Positions 16,842-25,611 are shown, counted from the first letter of the stretch. The stretch: 64,000 nt of DNA from Candidatus Poseidoniales archaeon (GCA_003602645.1 QQSI01000040.1:4152-68151), one strand, 5' to 3'. The notes: generated by a model from the letters alone, not told the origin. Program-made: numbers and translations.

Positions 16842-18443
16842 TCAAAATCCACTTGGTGCCATCCAAGTTCCAAACTCATCTTTCATAGCCTGCATTATCT
16901 CGCCTAATGTGCAACCGGTTTTGACGGCAACAAGAACATGCGGAAATAGATTTTCGCCAACCTTAGCAGCATTCCTGATCGACTGAAGGTTGGCGTTACA
17001 AGCATCTCCATCTCGCTGTTCACGGAGTTTCTGAAGTTTCTTGCATTGGGCCTCCCCTACAGTTGGGTCGAGTTTCAAAACCTCTGGTGCAGATTCTTCT
17101 TCCATTACGCCATGGTTTACCCCCACAATCCGCCTCGATCCAGCTTCTACGTCGTTCAGATGTGCGTAGGCTGCGTTGTGTATTTCCCGTTGTTGCCACC
17201 CTTGCTCGATGGCCTTCATTGCACCACCAAGTGATTCAATTTGCATGATTTGTTCTAATGCCTGATCATGGATTTTTTTGGTCAACTGTTCCACATGGTA
17301 TGAGCCCCCTAATGGGTCGACGACATCTGCGGCACCACTTTCTTCTGCAATGATTTGCTGTGTTCGAAGGGCGACTGTCGCTGATTTTTCAGTGGGCAAC
17401 CCCAACGCTTCATCGTAGGAATTTGTGTGGAGGCTCTGTGTGCCACCGCATACGGCAGCCAATGCTTGGATGGTGACCCGTGCCACATTGTTGAGGGGTT
17501 GTTGAGCGGTGAGACTCACACCCGCGACTTGTGTGTGGAATCGCAACATTGCCGATTTAGGGTTTTTCGGACTGTACCGTTCAGTGATCAACTCGTACCA
17601 AAGGGTCCGTGCTGCCCTAAATTTGGACGCCTCTTCAAAGAAGTCGTTATGGCAATTAAAGAAAAAGGAAAGCCTTGGTCCAAAAGTGTCGATGTCAAGG
17701 CCAGACTCAATGGCTGCGTCTACATATTGCAACGCATTTGCCAACGTAAAAGCAACTTCTTGGACGGCAGTGGATCCTGCCTCTCGAATGTGGTAGCCTG
17801 AAATTGAAATTGTATTCCACTTCGGGACTTTATCTGCACAATACTCGAAGATGTCTGTAATCAAGCGCATGCTTGGTTGTGGGGGGAACACATAGGTGCC
17901 ACGTGCAATGTATTCTTTCAAGATGTCATTTTGAATGGTGCCAAGGACTTCCTCTGAGGGTACACCTTGTTCTTCAGCGACTGCAATGTACATCGCCAAG
18001 AGTACCATTGCTGGAGCATTAATGGTCATGGATGTGCTGACTTTGTCGAGGGGAATCCCATCAAGCAATTCACGCATGTCATCAAGTTGAGAAATGGAAA
18101 CCCCGACCTTTCCTACCTCGCCGTAAGACATCTCATCGTCTGCATCTAAGCCCAATTGAGTGGGCAAATCAAAGGCTACAGAGAGGCCTTTTTGACCCCG
18201 TTCCAGAAGTAGTTTGAATCGTTTATTTGTTGCCGTGGCACTGGAAAAGCCAGCGTATTGTCGCATGGTCCACAACCGTGAACGGTACATTGTGGAATGT
18301 ATACCGCGGGTGTATGGCGGGGCTCCTGCACTCCCGATGTTGGAAGAATCTATGCCCTGCTGCCTCAACGTATCTTGGCTGCTTTGAAGTGGTAGATCCA
18401 ATCCACTCAGGGTCTTCCACTCGTCCTTTCTTTGAGTGACCAT
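16842..18443 (-). CDS. Methylmalonyl-CoA mutase, large (catalytic) subunit
   Basis: PPYTRGIHSTMYRSRLWTMRQYAGFSSATATNKRFKLLLERGQKGLSVAFDLPTQLG and NNVARVTIQALAAVCGGTQSLHTNSYDEA are MCM hallmarks. No B12-binding domain is present in this ORF. Confidence 0.9.
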   Translation of the reverse strand: MVTQRKDEWKTLSGLDLPLQSSQDTLRQQGIDSSNIGSAGAPPYTRGIHSTMYRSRLWTMRQYAGFSSATATNKRFKLLLERGQKGLSVAFDLPTQLGLDADDEMSYGEVGKVGVSISQLDDMRELLDGIPLDKVSTSMTINAPAMVLLAMYIAVAEEQGVPSEEVLGTIQNDILKEYIARGTYVFPPQPSMRLITDIFEYCADKVPKWNTISISGYHIREAGSTAVQEVAFTLANALQYVDAAIESGLDIDTFGPRLSFFFNCHNDFFEEASKFRAARTLWYELITERYSPKNPKSAMLRFHTQVAGVSLTAQQPLNNVARVTIQALAAVCGGTQSLHTNSYDEALGLPTEKSATVALRTQQIIAEESGAADVVDPLGGSYHVEQLTKKIHDQALEQIMQIESLGGAMKAIEQGWQQREIHNAAYAHLNDVEAGSRRIVGVNHGVMEEESAPEVLKLDPTVGEAQCKKLQKLREQRDGDACNANLQSIRNAAKVGENLFPHVLVAVKTGCTLGEIMQAMKDEFGTWMAPSGF

Positions 18444-18484
18444 GCACCGCCCAGTACGGCCGGCTTCATCAACACTCGCTTGAA

Positions 18485-18997
18485 TCAGTGGTGGTGGCCA
18501 CCAGGTCCATGGACGTGTCCGTGGTCCAATTCTTCTGGTGTTGCAGGGCGTAATTCAACAATTTCAACAGCAAAAGTCAGCGATTTTCCTGCGAGAGCGT
18601 GGTTGAAATCTGCGGTGACCAATTCGTCAGTGAGGTTGGTAATGGTAAATGGAGAAGGTCCGTGTGGCATCTGTGCCACGAGTTGCATTCCAGTTTCCAA
18701 AGTGTTTGTTGCTTCGAGTTGGGCGAACTGCTCACGTGGAATTTCCATGACTGCTGCGTCGTCACGATCGCCGTATGCCTGGTCGGATTCTAAGGTGAAT
18801 TCTTTCCGATCTCCCACCTTTGCGCCCATTATTTCTTGCTCAAATCCTGGTATCATTTGCTTTAATCCCACGATGAAAGTCAACGGCTCGCGCCCTTCAC
18901 TGCTATCAAAAACTTCACCGCTTTCAGGGAGTGTTCCTGTATAATGTACGCTAGCAACCATTTTGTCGCTTACTGTATGTTCTGTCATAATATTCAC
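18485..18997 (-). CDS. slyD: FKBP-type peptidyl-prolyl isomerase, SlyD-like with a His-rich tail
   Basis: VHYTGTLPESGEVFDSS, an insert-in-flap region, and the C-terminal HGHVHGPGGHHH. Confidence 0.85.
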   Translation of the reverse strand: MNIMTEHTVSDKMVASVHYTGTLPESGEVFDSSEGREPLTFIVGLKQMIPGFEQEIMGAKVGDRKEFTLESDQAYGDRDDAAVMEIPREQFAQLEATNTLETGMQLVAQMPHGPSPFTITNLTDELVTADFNHALAGKSLTFAVEIVELRPATPEELDHGHVHGPGGHHH

Positions 18998-19974
18998 CTT
19001 CTTGTTGTCATTTTATTGACTAAATCTCGTAATTTTTGAGCTGCGTCTTCAGGAAGAATTTCTTCCATCACTTTTTGCTCTATGAACTCAATGCAATCGG
19101 ATACACCGATTCGCTCTCCCTTGGCCCAAACTTGCCCAAGGATGTTCGATCTATGCTCCTCAGGAATGTTTGGATTATCCAAAATATCCCTTGCAGCATA
19201 CTTGTACTCAAGGTACTTTTGTCGGTTCAACTTCTTTTCTTGCTTTTGTCGACCGCCACCTTTCTTGTCGTGGCGTCGGCGTTTGCGGCGTCGATCCCCA
19301 GATGGTTTTGCTACATCAGTTTGAATGGTTTTGAACACATTGATCGAACCTTGTTTTGGTTCCGATTGAGACACCGGTGATGCAACTGGTTCGATCTTCA
19401 CTTTGTCAGTTTCGATGCTCGGTTCGATGGTGGTCTCTTGAACCGGTGAAACGGCAACGGTGTCTGGCTGCACTTCGCTAGGAACGTCTGCTGGCTTCGC
19501 TTTTGCTTTGGCATTTTGCCGTGAAAGTTCCGACTTCCTCCGCAGTTCTGCGAGACGATCTTCGTGAGAAACTTGTGGCTTGGGAGCTGCTGGTTTTGCA
19601 ACCGAGGTTGTCATAGTCGGGGCGAAGGTTTCCTTTTTGGGTTCCGGCTTAGAGGTGGTTGGTTTTGAGACGCCGCCTTGCTGGCGCTTCATTCGCTCCA
19701 TCGCTTCTTTTTGCTTTTTTGCCAACTCAGTCATCCCAGAATTAGCATCGACTTGGGGGGTGGTGGATCGCGTGGGCGCAGGACGTCGTTCCACGCTTTT
19801 TCGTTCAGTTTGACGCTTGTTGCGTTGTGCGGAAGCGTTCGGGGCGAACGGGTTGAACGGCTCGTCCCGTTTTTTCCTTCCATTTCGGTCTGCGATACGA
19901 GAGGCCCCCACGCTGTTCCCGCTTGTGACCGTATAAAAACAATGAGTGTCCCATGCCGTGATTAAACTGGCCAT
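18994..19974 (-). CDS. Lys/Pro-rich, largely disordered basic protein with a conserved-looking C-terminal helical domain
   Basis: 326-aa ORF. It has long K/P/A/T low-complexity regions and RRRKRRRHDKKGGGRQKQEKK, then an ordered tail YLEYKYAARDILDNPNIPEEHRSNILGQVWAKGERIGVSDCIEFIEQKV. Overlaps the kae1 stop by 13 nt if it starts at 19974; the start is uncertain. Confidence 0.55.
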   Translation of the reverse strand: MASLITAWDTHCFYTVTSGNSVGASRIADRNGRKKRDEPFNPFAPNASAQRNKRQTERKSVERRPAPTRSTTPQVDANSGMTELAKKQKEAMERMKRQQGGVSKPTTSKPEPKKETFAPTMTTSVAKPAAPKPQVSHEDRLAELRRKSELSRQNAKAKAKPADVPSEVQPDTVAVSPVQETTIEPSIETDKVKIEPVASPVSQSEPKQGSINVFKTIQTDVAKPSGDRRRKRRRHDKKGGGRQKQEKKLNRQKYLEYKYAARDILDNPNIPEEHRSNILGQVWAKGERIGVSDCIEFIEQKVMEEILPEDAAQKLRDLVNKMTTRR

Positions 19975-20978
19975 GTGACGGGTGTTTGGTCCGTTCGAAG
20001 GTATTGGTCGACCGCGCTTTGTGCATAGGAGGTTGTTCGTCCATGATCAAGCTCGATCTTACCAAGAAGGGCAATCATGGAACCGTTGTCAATACAGAAC
20101 ATCCTTGGTGGTGCATGAGAGGTTGCATCTCGCTCTTCAGCCATGAGTGTGCACATTTCTCTTAGTCGATTATTGCACGCAACGCCGCCTCCTAACAAAA
20201 CTTCTGACTTTCCTGTGTGTGCCAATGCTCGCTCAGCAATCTCTACACAGGCCGCAAACGAATGCTCTTGCAGTGACCAACACACAGCACCCAATTCTGC
20301 ACCGTTGTCCAACAGTCTTTGAGCGGCGGTCATAACTCCAGAAAAGGCAAGATCCATACCACGTACAGCAAAGGGTAATTCGAGTCCCTCTAAACTTGCA
20401 TTTGGGTTTTTGTCAAGCCATTCACTCGCGAGTTTTTCGATGACTGGGCCACCAGGGAATGGGATGCCTTGCCCTCGTGCAAACTTATCGAGCATGTTTC
20501 CAATGCCAATGTCTAGTGTTTCACCGAGCACTCTGTACCGACCATCGAGGTGTGCAATCACCTGAGTGTTTCCACCTGAGACATAGAGGAGAATAGGATC
20601 GCTGCACCCACATTGTTGACGTCCAATTTCGATATGAGCGACGCAGTGATTGACGCCGATGAGAGGGGTTTCTAATTTACTCGCTAGTCCACGGGCAATG
20701 GCTGCTCCTACCCTCAAACACGGGCCTAGACCTGGACCCTGTGAATAGGCGACAGCTCCGATGTCATCAGCGGCGATTCCATTGGCCTCGAACAAGCGTT
20801 GTAGCAATTCAGATGCAGCGTTTTTGTGATGGTCTGCTGCCTCACGTGGATGAATGCCACCTTCGTCTGGGCGAACGGTCGATGAACTGGATGGTGCAGG
20901 GTTTCCATCTGCATCTACCAAACCAAACGAAAGGGTGTGAGCGGTTGATTCGATCCCCAATGTCCAGAGGCCCGGCAT
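19962..20978 (-). CDS. kae1: tRNA N6-adenosine threonylcarbamoyltransferase Kae1
   Basis: LGIESTAHTLSFGLVD, GIHPREAADHH, AYSQGPGLGPCLRVG, VNHCVAHIE and LYVSGGNTQVI are Kae1/TsaD motifs. Start set at MPGLWTLGIEST (20978). No Bud32 domain is fused. Confidence 0.9.
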   Translation of the reverse strand: MPGLWTLGIESTAHTLSFGLVDADGNPAPSSSSTVRPDEGGIHPREAADHHKNAASELLQRLFEANGIAADDIGAVAYSQGPGLGPCLRVGAAIARGLASKLETPLIGVNHCVAHIEIGRQQCGCSDPILLYVSGGNTQVIAHLDGRYRVLGETLDIGIGNMLDKFARGQGIPFPGGPVIEKLASEWLDKNPNASLEGLELPFAVRGMDLAFSGVMTAAQRLLDNGAELGAVCWSLQEHSFAACVEIAERALAHTGKSEVLLGGGVACNNRLREMCTLMAEERDATSHAPPRMFCIDNGSMIALLGKIELDHGRTTSYAQSAVDQYLRTDQTPVTWPV

Positions 20979-21029
20979 GGTGGGTGGTTGAAGCCATTGT
21001 TCTTCAACCCTCAGCCTCAGCAAGGAGCA

Positions 21030-22295
21030 ATGCGGACCGTTTTGTTGGACATCGGGCCCATGGCACATCTTGGAGGAAAGGGCTCTTTGTCTGGAACCTC
21101 AGCAACTGACTATGAATTATTGACATCTCCTGCTGGAAAAGGAATTGTAGTGAATGACGGCGTTATTGAGAAAATTGAAGAATCATCCGAACTTCGTTCC
21201 GAGTATGGCTCACCACAAGAATCGACCGTTGACGTATCCATTCAATCCTTGGAGGGTTGTGCGGTTGTTCCTGGTTTAGTGGATGGACATAACCATTTGA
21301 TTTGGTCCGGTGATCGTTCGAATGAGATGACGATGAAGCAGCAGGGAATGACATATCAACAAATCGCGGCTAATGGCGGCGGCATCCAGCACACTGTGAG
21401 GGAAACCTCAGAAGCCACATACGAAGAGCTGGTTAAATCGGGTTACCAACGTATGCGCCAGGCTCTTCTTCATGGTACAACACACTTAGAAAGCAAAAGC
21501 GGATATGGCTTGTCGACAGAATCAGAGCTAAAACTCCTGAATGTTGCACATGACCTAAGCCAGATGAATCACCTCCCCACCATGGAGTTGACATGGCTTG
21601 GCGCCCATGATACACCTAAAGGTGTCAATCGCACAGACTATGTTGAGGAAATTCTAAGCGACCAACTTCCCAAAGTACTTGATCAAGGCTATGCTGATGC
21701 CGCTGATGTCTTTTGCGAGCCAGGCTGGTTCACTGTCGAGGAGAGTGAATTGATATTGTCCGCTGCCGGAAAGGGTGGTCTTCGACAACGGATTCACATT
21801 GATGAATTCGAGGATGGTGGTGGTGGAGAATTGGCAGCATCACTGGGTGTCGTTACTGCTGATCATGCCCATTACACTGCGCCTGAAACGCGGTTGAAGA
21901 TGGAATCCGCCGGCGTCAATACTGGATTTTTACCAGGAACCCCCTATACAATGGGTGCAGAATGGCCTTCATTTTCAGATGCCACTGAACAGGGGATTCG
22001 GTGGACAGTTGCAACGGACTTCAATCCAAATTGTAATATTCTCAGCATGCCGCTGATTGGATCTATGCTTGTTCACCGTAACCAAGTTGACCCACTGCTT
22101 GCATTGGTGGCCTCAACCAGAAATGCGGCAGAAACGACTCCACACCCAACGGGGATGCCACATGGGCGAATCGAGGTTGGCGCAGTCGCTAACCTCAATG
22201 TGCTCGATGGGTACCAATGGCAATCATGGTGCAATCGTCCTGGTACCACGCCTTTCAAATCCACCATGTTGAATGGTACTTTGATTCACCATTGA
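21030..22295 (+). CDS. hutI: Imidazolonepropionase
   Basis: VPGLVDGHNHLIWSGDRSNE, ESKSGYGL, HIDEF and ADHAHYT are HutI amidohydrolase metal and substrate motifs. Start is ATG 21030 (MRTVLLDIG...); the track start at 20988 is also possible. Confidence 0.85.
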   Translation: MRTVLLDIGPMAHLGGKGSLSGTSATDYELLTSPAGKGIVVNDGVIEKIEESSELRSEYGSPQESTVDVSIQSLEGCAVVPGLVDGHNHLIWSGDRSNEMTMKQQGMTYQQIAANGGGIQHTVRETSEATYEELVKSGYQRMRQALLHGTTHLESKSGYGLSTESELKLLNVAHDLSQMNHLPTMELTWLGAHDTPKGVNRTDYVEEILSDQLPKVLDQGYADAADVFCEPGWFTVEESELILSAAGKGGLRQRIHIDEFEDGGGGELAASLGVVTADHAHYTAPETRLKMESAGVNTGFLPGTPYTMGAEWPSFSDATEQGIRWTVATDFNPNCNILSMPLIGSMLVHRNQVDPLLALVASTRNAAETTPHPTGMPHGRIEVGAVANLNVLDGYQWQSWCNRPGTTPFKSTMLNGTLIHH

Positions 22296-22349
22296 TATAT
22301 TTCTAAATGCCAACTCAAATCCTTTTGCTATAAAACGTGGGTGAAATGT

Positions 22350-22694
22350 ATGGATTCAGAAATCAATAATGTTCTTGTCGAAACTGTAGTTTGTGCCGGA
22401 GCCGAAGGAAAGGAAGCGAGATTTTTGCGGATGATCGAAACGCGCCAGGCATTCAAACGTCGCCAGAAGGGGTGCCTAGCTGCCTGGGTTGGATCATCAA
22501 CCGATGGAATAGGATTGGTACTGGTTCAAACTGTATTCTCTGATCGTGACAGTTGGAAAACCATTTCTGAATCCGTTGTCAACACACTCGACGCAAAAGA
22601 CGGTGGTCTTGAGTCTGTATTGGCCGGCCCTCCCCTTGTTGGAATGTTCGAAATTGATCCATCCAAACTGAATCTGGATGATGCACGGGAATAA
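22350..22694 (+). CDS. Hypothetical protein, possibly ABM/Dabb-like
   Basis: 114-aa ORF. A TATA-like CTATAAAA at about 22328-22335 suggests a near-leaderless start at ATG 22350 (the track's GTG is at 22341). Fold assignment is weak. Confidence 0.4.
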   Translation: MDSEINNVLVETVVCAGAEGKEARFLRMIETRQAFKRRQKGCLAAWVGSSTDGIGLVLVQTVFSDRDSWKTISESVVNTLDAKDGGLESVLAGPPLVGMFEIDPSKLNLDDARE

Positions 22695-22717
22695 TCACTC
22701 AAATCCCGCACCACATT

Positions 22718-22745
22718 GTGTCGCATAATGTATGTTATACGACAC
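22718..22745. terminator. Hairpin downstream of ORF 22350-22694
   Basis: GTGTCGCATA-ATGTATGT-TATACGACAC forms a 10-bp stem with one mismatch and an 8-nt loop, 24 nt after the stop codon. Confidence 0.3.
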
Positions 22746-22971
22746 CGAACGAAATTTGCGATTTTTCGGGTGTTTCCGTCCTTTCCAAATCATAGAGCAG
22801 TACATCGTTTAGCCCCGTCCACGAGAAAAATATTTTCAAAAATTCTGACTTTTTGCCCATCAAGGAGGGGGTTTGAGGGTGGAATAACGTCTTTTTTGAA
22901 AAAGTCCATGCTTGACATGAAATTTTGTCGAAGCAACTAAGAAATGAATATCTCAGGAGGAAATGAGTTCG

Positions 22972-23124
22972 ATGTCTGCAGTAGAAGGATTCTGTTTGAA
23001 GTGCAAGACCTATGGTCCGATTAAGGACGGCCAACTGATCAAAATGAAAAATGGGCGTACGCGCATGGCGGGCTTCTGCTCACAACCAGGATGCAGTGGA
23101 AAAATTTCTAAGATCGTGAGCTAA
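22972..23124 (+). CDS. Small zinc-ribbon protein (50-53 aa, DUF5679-like), below the ORF-track cutoff
   Basis: Hand translation gives MSAVEGFCLKCKTYGPIKDGQLIKMKNGRTRMAGFCSQPGCSGKISKIVS*, with a CxxC...CxxxC arrangement. AGGAGG lies at 22955-22960. An in-frame alternative ATG is at 22963. Confidence 0.6.
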   Translation: MSAVEGFCLKCKTYGPIKDGQLIKMKNGRTRMAGFCSQPGCSGKISKIVS

Positions 23125-23148
23125 CTTCACTGATTCGAACCGATGCGG

Positions 23149-23155
23149 TTTAATA
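23149..23155 (+). promoter_or_regulatory. TATA-like box for tRNA-Val
   Basis: TTTAATA is centred about 31 nt upstream of the tRNA 5' end. It sits in the loop of a 7-bp inverted repeat, CGAACCG (23136-23142) / CGGTTCG (23159-23165). Confidence 0.35.
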
Positions 23156-23182
23156 CACCGGTTCGGTGGCCAAATTACCTAG

Positions 23183-23255
23183 GGGCTCGTGGTCTAGGGG
23201 TTATGACGTCGCCTTGACATGGCGAAGATCGAGAGTTCAATTCTCTCCGAGCCCA
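23183..23255 (+). tRNA. tRNA-Val (anticodon GAC)
   Basis: Hand-folded 73-nt cloverleaf. Acceptor GGGCTCG/CGAGCCC, D arm GTCT..GAC, anticodon stem TCGCC/GGCGA with loop TTGACAT, T arm GAGAG-TTCAATT-CTCTC, discriminator A. A genomically encoded CCA follows at 23256-23258. Confidence 0.9.
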
Positions 23256-23292
23256 CCAATCCTTCAACCATTCAATCTATGATTTTTGAATT

Positions 23293-23321
23293 ATTATATT
23301 TTGTAAAGGTAAAAATATAAT
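23293..23321. terminator. AT-rich perfect hairpin between the convergent tRNA-Val and ORF 23343-23714
   Basis: ATTATATTTT-GTAAAGGTA-AAAATATAAT forms a 10-bp perfect stem, preceded by a T-run (GATTTTTG). Placed where a bidirectional terminator would sit. Confidence 0.4.
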
Positions 23322-23342
23322 GAGTATCTCTGAGAGATTTCA

Positions 23343-23714
23343 TTAATCTTCAATACGAGTCAAATCTTCCGGACTTGGTAAGACGAGATCGTCTGGGTCG
23401 ACGCGAGCAAGCGGTCGTTCTTCGATTTCTTCCATTGTGAAATCCGATGAGCCGCCATCCCAATTCACTAAATCCTCGGTTTCCTCAAATATTTCATCAG
23501 GCAGAGCCTGTTCTGTGGACAGCGAATATGCCGCAGGGTCTATTGGTTCACGACGTACAGGTTCGGCATTGGCAGGAACAAAGCGCTCTTCCATATGGAT
23601 GCCGGAGTGGAAGGTGCCACATTCAGAACATCGAACGGTGCCGCTTCTCTCAAAACAACCACAGTTAGGACAAGATGCCAAGGTAGCATACACCTTCAAT
23701 GGATCCTTGCCCAT
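23343..23714 (-). CDS. Acidic zinc-ribbon protein (123 aa)
   Basis: CPNCGCFERSGTVRCSECGTF (CxxC-x10-CxxC) is followed by an Asp/Glu/Pro-rich tail. ATG 23714 lies 4 nt after the upstream stop; the track start at 23771 would overlap the upstream gene. Confidence 0.55.
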   Translation of the reverse strand: MGKDPLKVYATLASCPNCGCFERSGTVRCSECGTFHSGIHMEERFVPANAEPVRREPIDPAAYSLSTEQALPDEIFEETEDLVNWDGGSSDFTMEEIEERPLARVDPDDLVLPSPEDLTRIED

Positions 23715-23718
23715 TCCA

Positions 23719-25611
23719 TCACTCCACGAACATGTCTTCCTGGTAGCCCGTGATGATATCCCCTGTACCATCTTCCTCGATTGTCACGGTTTCGTCTTCG
23801 TCATCGAACTCTATGATTGTTCCAAAGACCTCCTCGTCCTCAAGTGTAAGACCGATGTGTGAGCCAATATCGATTTCTCCTTCCCCTTCATCATCCTCAT
23901 CTTCCTCAGGTTCATCTGACTCGTCATGAGATTCATCATCCAACTCTTCATCTTCGAAATCCTCTTCGAGAGCCTCTTCCATTTCTTCTTCGAGGTCCCC
24001 ATCATCATCATTATCTTCAGATTCGGACGAAGCATCTGCTTGATCGTCTTGGACTTCCTTCATTGCCTTAGCGCGTGCACGCCAGCTAGGCATGAGCGCT
24101 AGATGCATGTAAAGTGAACCAGCTAATCCTGCTGCGCCAAGTACCATAAACAAAATACCGTCCCAATAGAAACCAGCAGGCATCGAACTTGCTTCACCAC
24201 TTAGGGGCGTTAACGAGTTCTTACAGTCGCCTTCCTGAATTGCTGGATCACAAGGGTAAGAATCACCTTCGGCAAGACCCGCAGGAGGGAGTAAATTGCC
24301 TTTGGTCTCTAGCTCAATTGGGCCGCCAGTTCCATCGACAATGACACCGAATCCATTCACGACCCACACGGCAATGAAAAGGCCAAATGCTAAGTGAATC
24401 AACGGCCATACATATTCGTTCCATTGCTTCCCCATCATGCGCTTTTGCATATCAGTTGGGAAGGGTTTGGTTGGTTTGCTGATGACAGCTCTTTCATCCG
24501 TTGCTTCATCGGCATCTGCCAAATTTTCTAAAGCTGTGATGAATTCTATCATGTCCACCGTTCGATCGTTGTCATCATCAACTTCAGACAGGAATTCTTC
24601 GATATCCTTGTGACCGATTTCATCATCAAAGAGCTTGTTCAATTCGTTCATTAGTTCGACAACATCGACGCGCCCATTGGCATCTCTGTCAATGCTCTTG
24701 AAGAATTGAGCTGGCGAGGTTTCCATTTCATCCATGGCATCAGCGATTTTGCGAATGAGCGAAACCTCCTCGATGCTTTCTTCTTCTGAAGGATCTTCAT
24801 CGGACGCCTCATCTTCGTCCATTGATTCTTCGCCGTTTTCCTCTTCTGAATCCAATGTTTCCTCTTCGACCACCTCTTCGTGTTCTGATTCAGAATCTTC
24901 AGATTCGTCATCATCCTGGGAATCTTGGATTTCCTCTTCATCAAGGTTTGATTCTGTTTGAACTTCTTCGTCAGGTTCGCCTTCATCCTCTGTTTCAATT
25001 TCCTCTTCTGGATCATCATCCACTTGGATTTCGGGATCGGTTTCCACCTCATCGTCTGAGTCATTGTCTTCTTCGTTTTCCGAATCTTCTTCCATTGCAT
25101 CCTCATCTTCAGAGGTTGTTGAATGATCCATTTTTTCGTCTTCTGGCAAGTCATCTCCGGTGATGGTTTTATGCAACTCAGCAAGGTCAATCCTTCCATC
25201 TCCGTCAGCATCGATTGTCTCAATGAGGCGCTCAACTTGAGATGGTGGCAAATCTGCTAGATTGAGGCTCAACAGTCCTGACTTCAATTCACTTGAGTCG
25301 ATTTGACCATCGCCATCCTTGTCAAATTTATTGAACAGCATCGGAATTGTAATCCCTGTTGTTGCCAACCAATTGCGCAGCACATCAACGACGTCGTCGG
25401 CGATAAAAACTGTACCACAGTGGCTACATTTTGTGGAATCTAAAGGCACGAGGCCACCGCATGCACCGCACTCTCCGAGGGCTTCATCGGATACACCGGA
25501 AAAAGAAATATTACATTCAGGACATTTGGTTGAATCGAGGGGAATTACTGCTCTGCAAGCACCACATTCTCCTGTAGCAACTTCTTCAGTCTTGTCTTCG
25601 GACATGGGCAC
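23719..25611 (-). CDS. Membrane protein with a double zinc ribbon, two EF-hand pairs, poly-acidic tracts and two TM helices
   Basis: Zinc ribbons: CGACRAVIPLDSTKCPECN and CGACGGLVPLDSTKCSHCG. Four canonical 12-residue EF loops: DKDGDGQIDSSE, DADGDGRIDLAE, DRDANGRVDVVE, DDDNDRTVDMIE. TM helices lie at about residues 400-425 and 483-507. The D/E tracts are more than 60% acidic. Confidence 0.8.
   Translation of the reverse strand: MPMSEDKTEEVATGECGACRAVIPLDSTKCPECNISFSGVSDEALGECGACGGLVPLDSTKCSHCGTVFIADDVVDVLRNWLATTGITIPMLFNKFDKDGDGQIDSSELKSGLLSLNLADLPPSQVERLIETIDADGDGRIDLAELHKTITGDDLPEDEKMDHSTTSEDEDAMEEDSENEEDNDSDDEVETDPEIQVDDDPEEEIETEDEGEPDEEVQTESNLDEEEIQDSQDDDESEDSESEHEEVVEEETLDSEEENGEESMDEDEASDEDPSEEESIEEVSLIRKIADAMDEMETSPAQFFKSIDRDANGRVDVVELMNELNKLFDDEIGHKDIEEFLSEVDDDNDRTVDMIEFITALENLADADEATDERAVISKPTKPFPTDMQKRMMGKQWNEYVWPLIHLAFGLFIAVWVVNGFGVIVDGTGGPIELETKGNLLPPAGLAEGDSYPCDPAIQEGDCKNSLTPLSGEASSMPAGFYWDGILFMVLGAAGLAGSLYMHLALMPSWRARAKAMKEVQDDQADASSESEDNDDDGDLEEEMEEALEEDFEDEELDDESHDESDEPEEDEDDEGEGEIDIGSHIGLTLEDEEVFGTIIEFDDEDETVTIEEDGTGDIITGYQEDMFVE

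Noticed and set aside
18432-18944. A 170-aa plus-strand ORF mirroring the SlyD gene
   Set aside because: It is antisense to an ORF with clear FKBP/SlyD motifs and a His-rich tail. It has no motifs of its own and a Ser/Pro/Trp-rich composition typical of antisense frames.
22840-22900. A G-rich run (GGAGGGGGTTTGAGGGTGG) flanked by an 8-bp inverted repeat GACTTTTT/AAAAAGTC, considered as a possible G-quadruplex or small RNA
   Set aside because: The G-tracts are too short and irregular for a confident G4. The inverted repeat is short and AT-rich in an AT-rich spacer, and conservation cannot be tested here.
24651-25235. A 194-aa Lys-rich ORF on the minus strand, plus Ser-rich and Leu/Pro-rich plus-strand ORFs (24734-24961, 24822-25163), all inside the EF-hand gene
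   Set aside because: They are alternative-frame and antisense shadows of the GAA/GAT-rich poly-acidic coding tract. The EF-hand frame carries recognisable motifs across the whole span.
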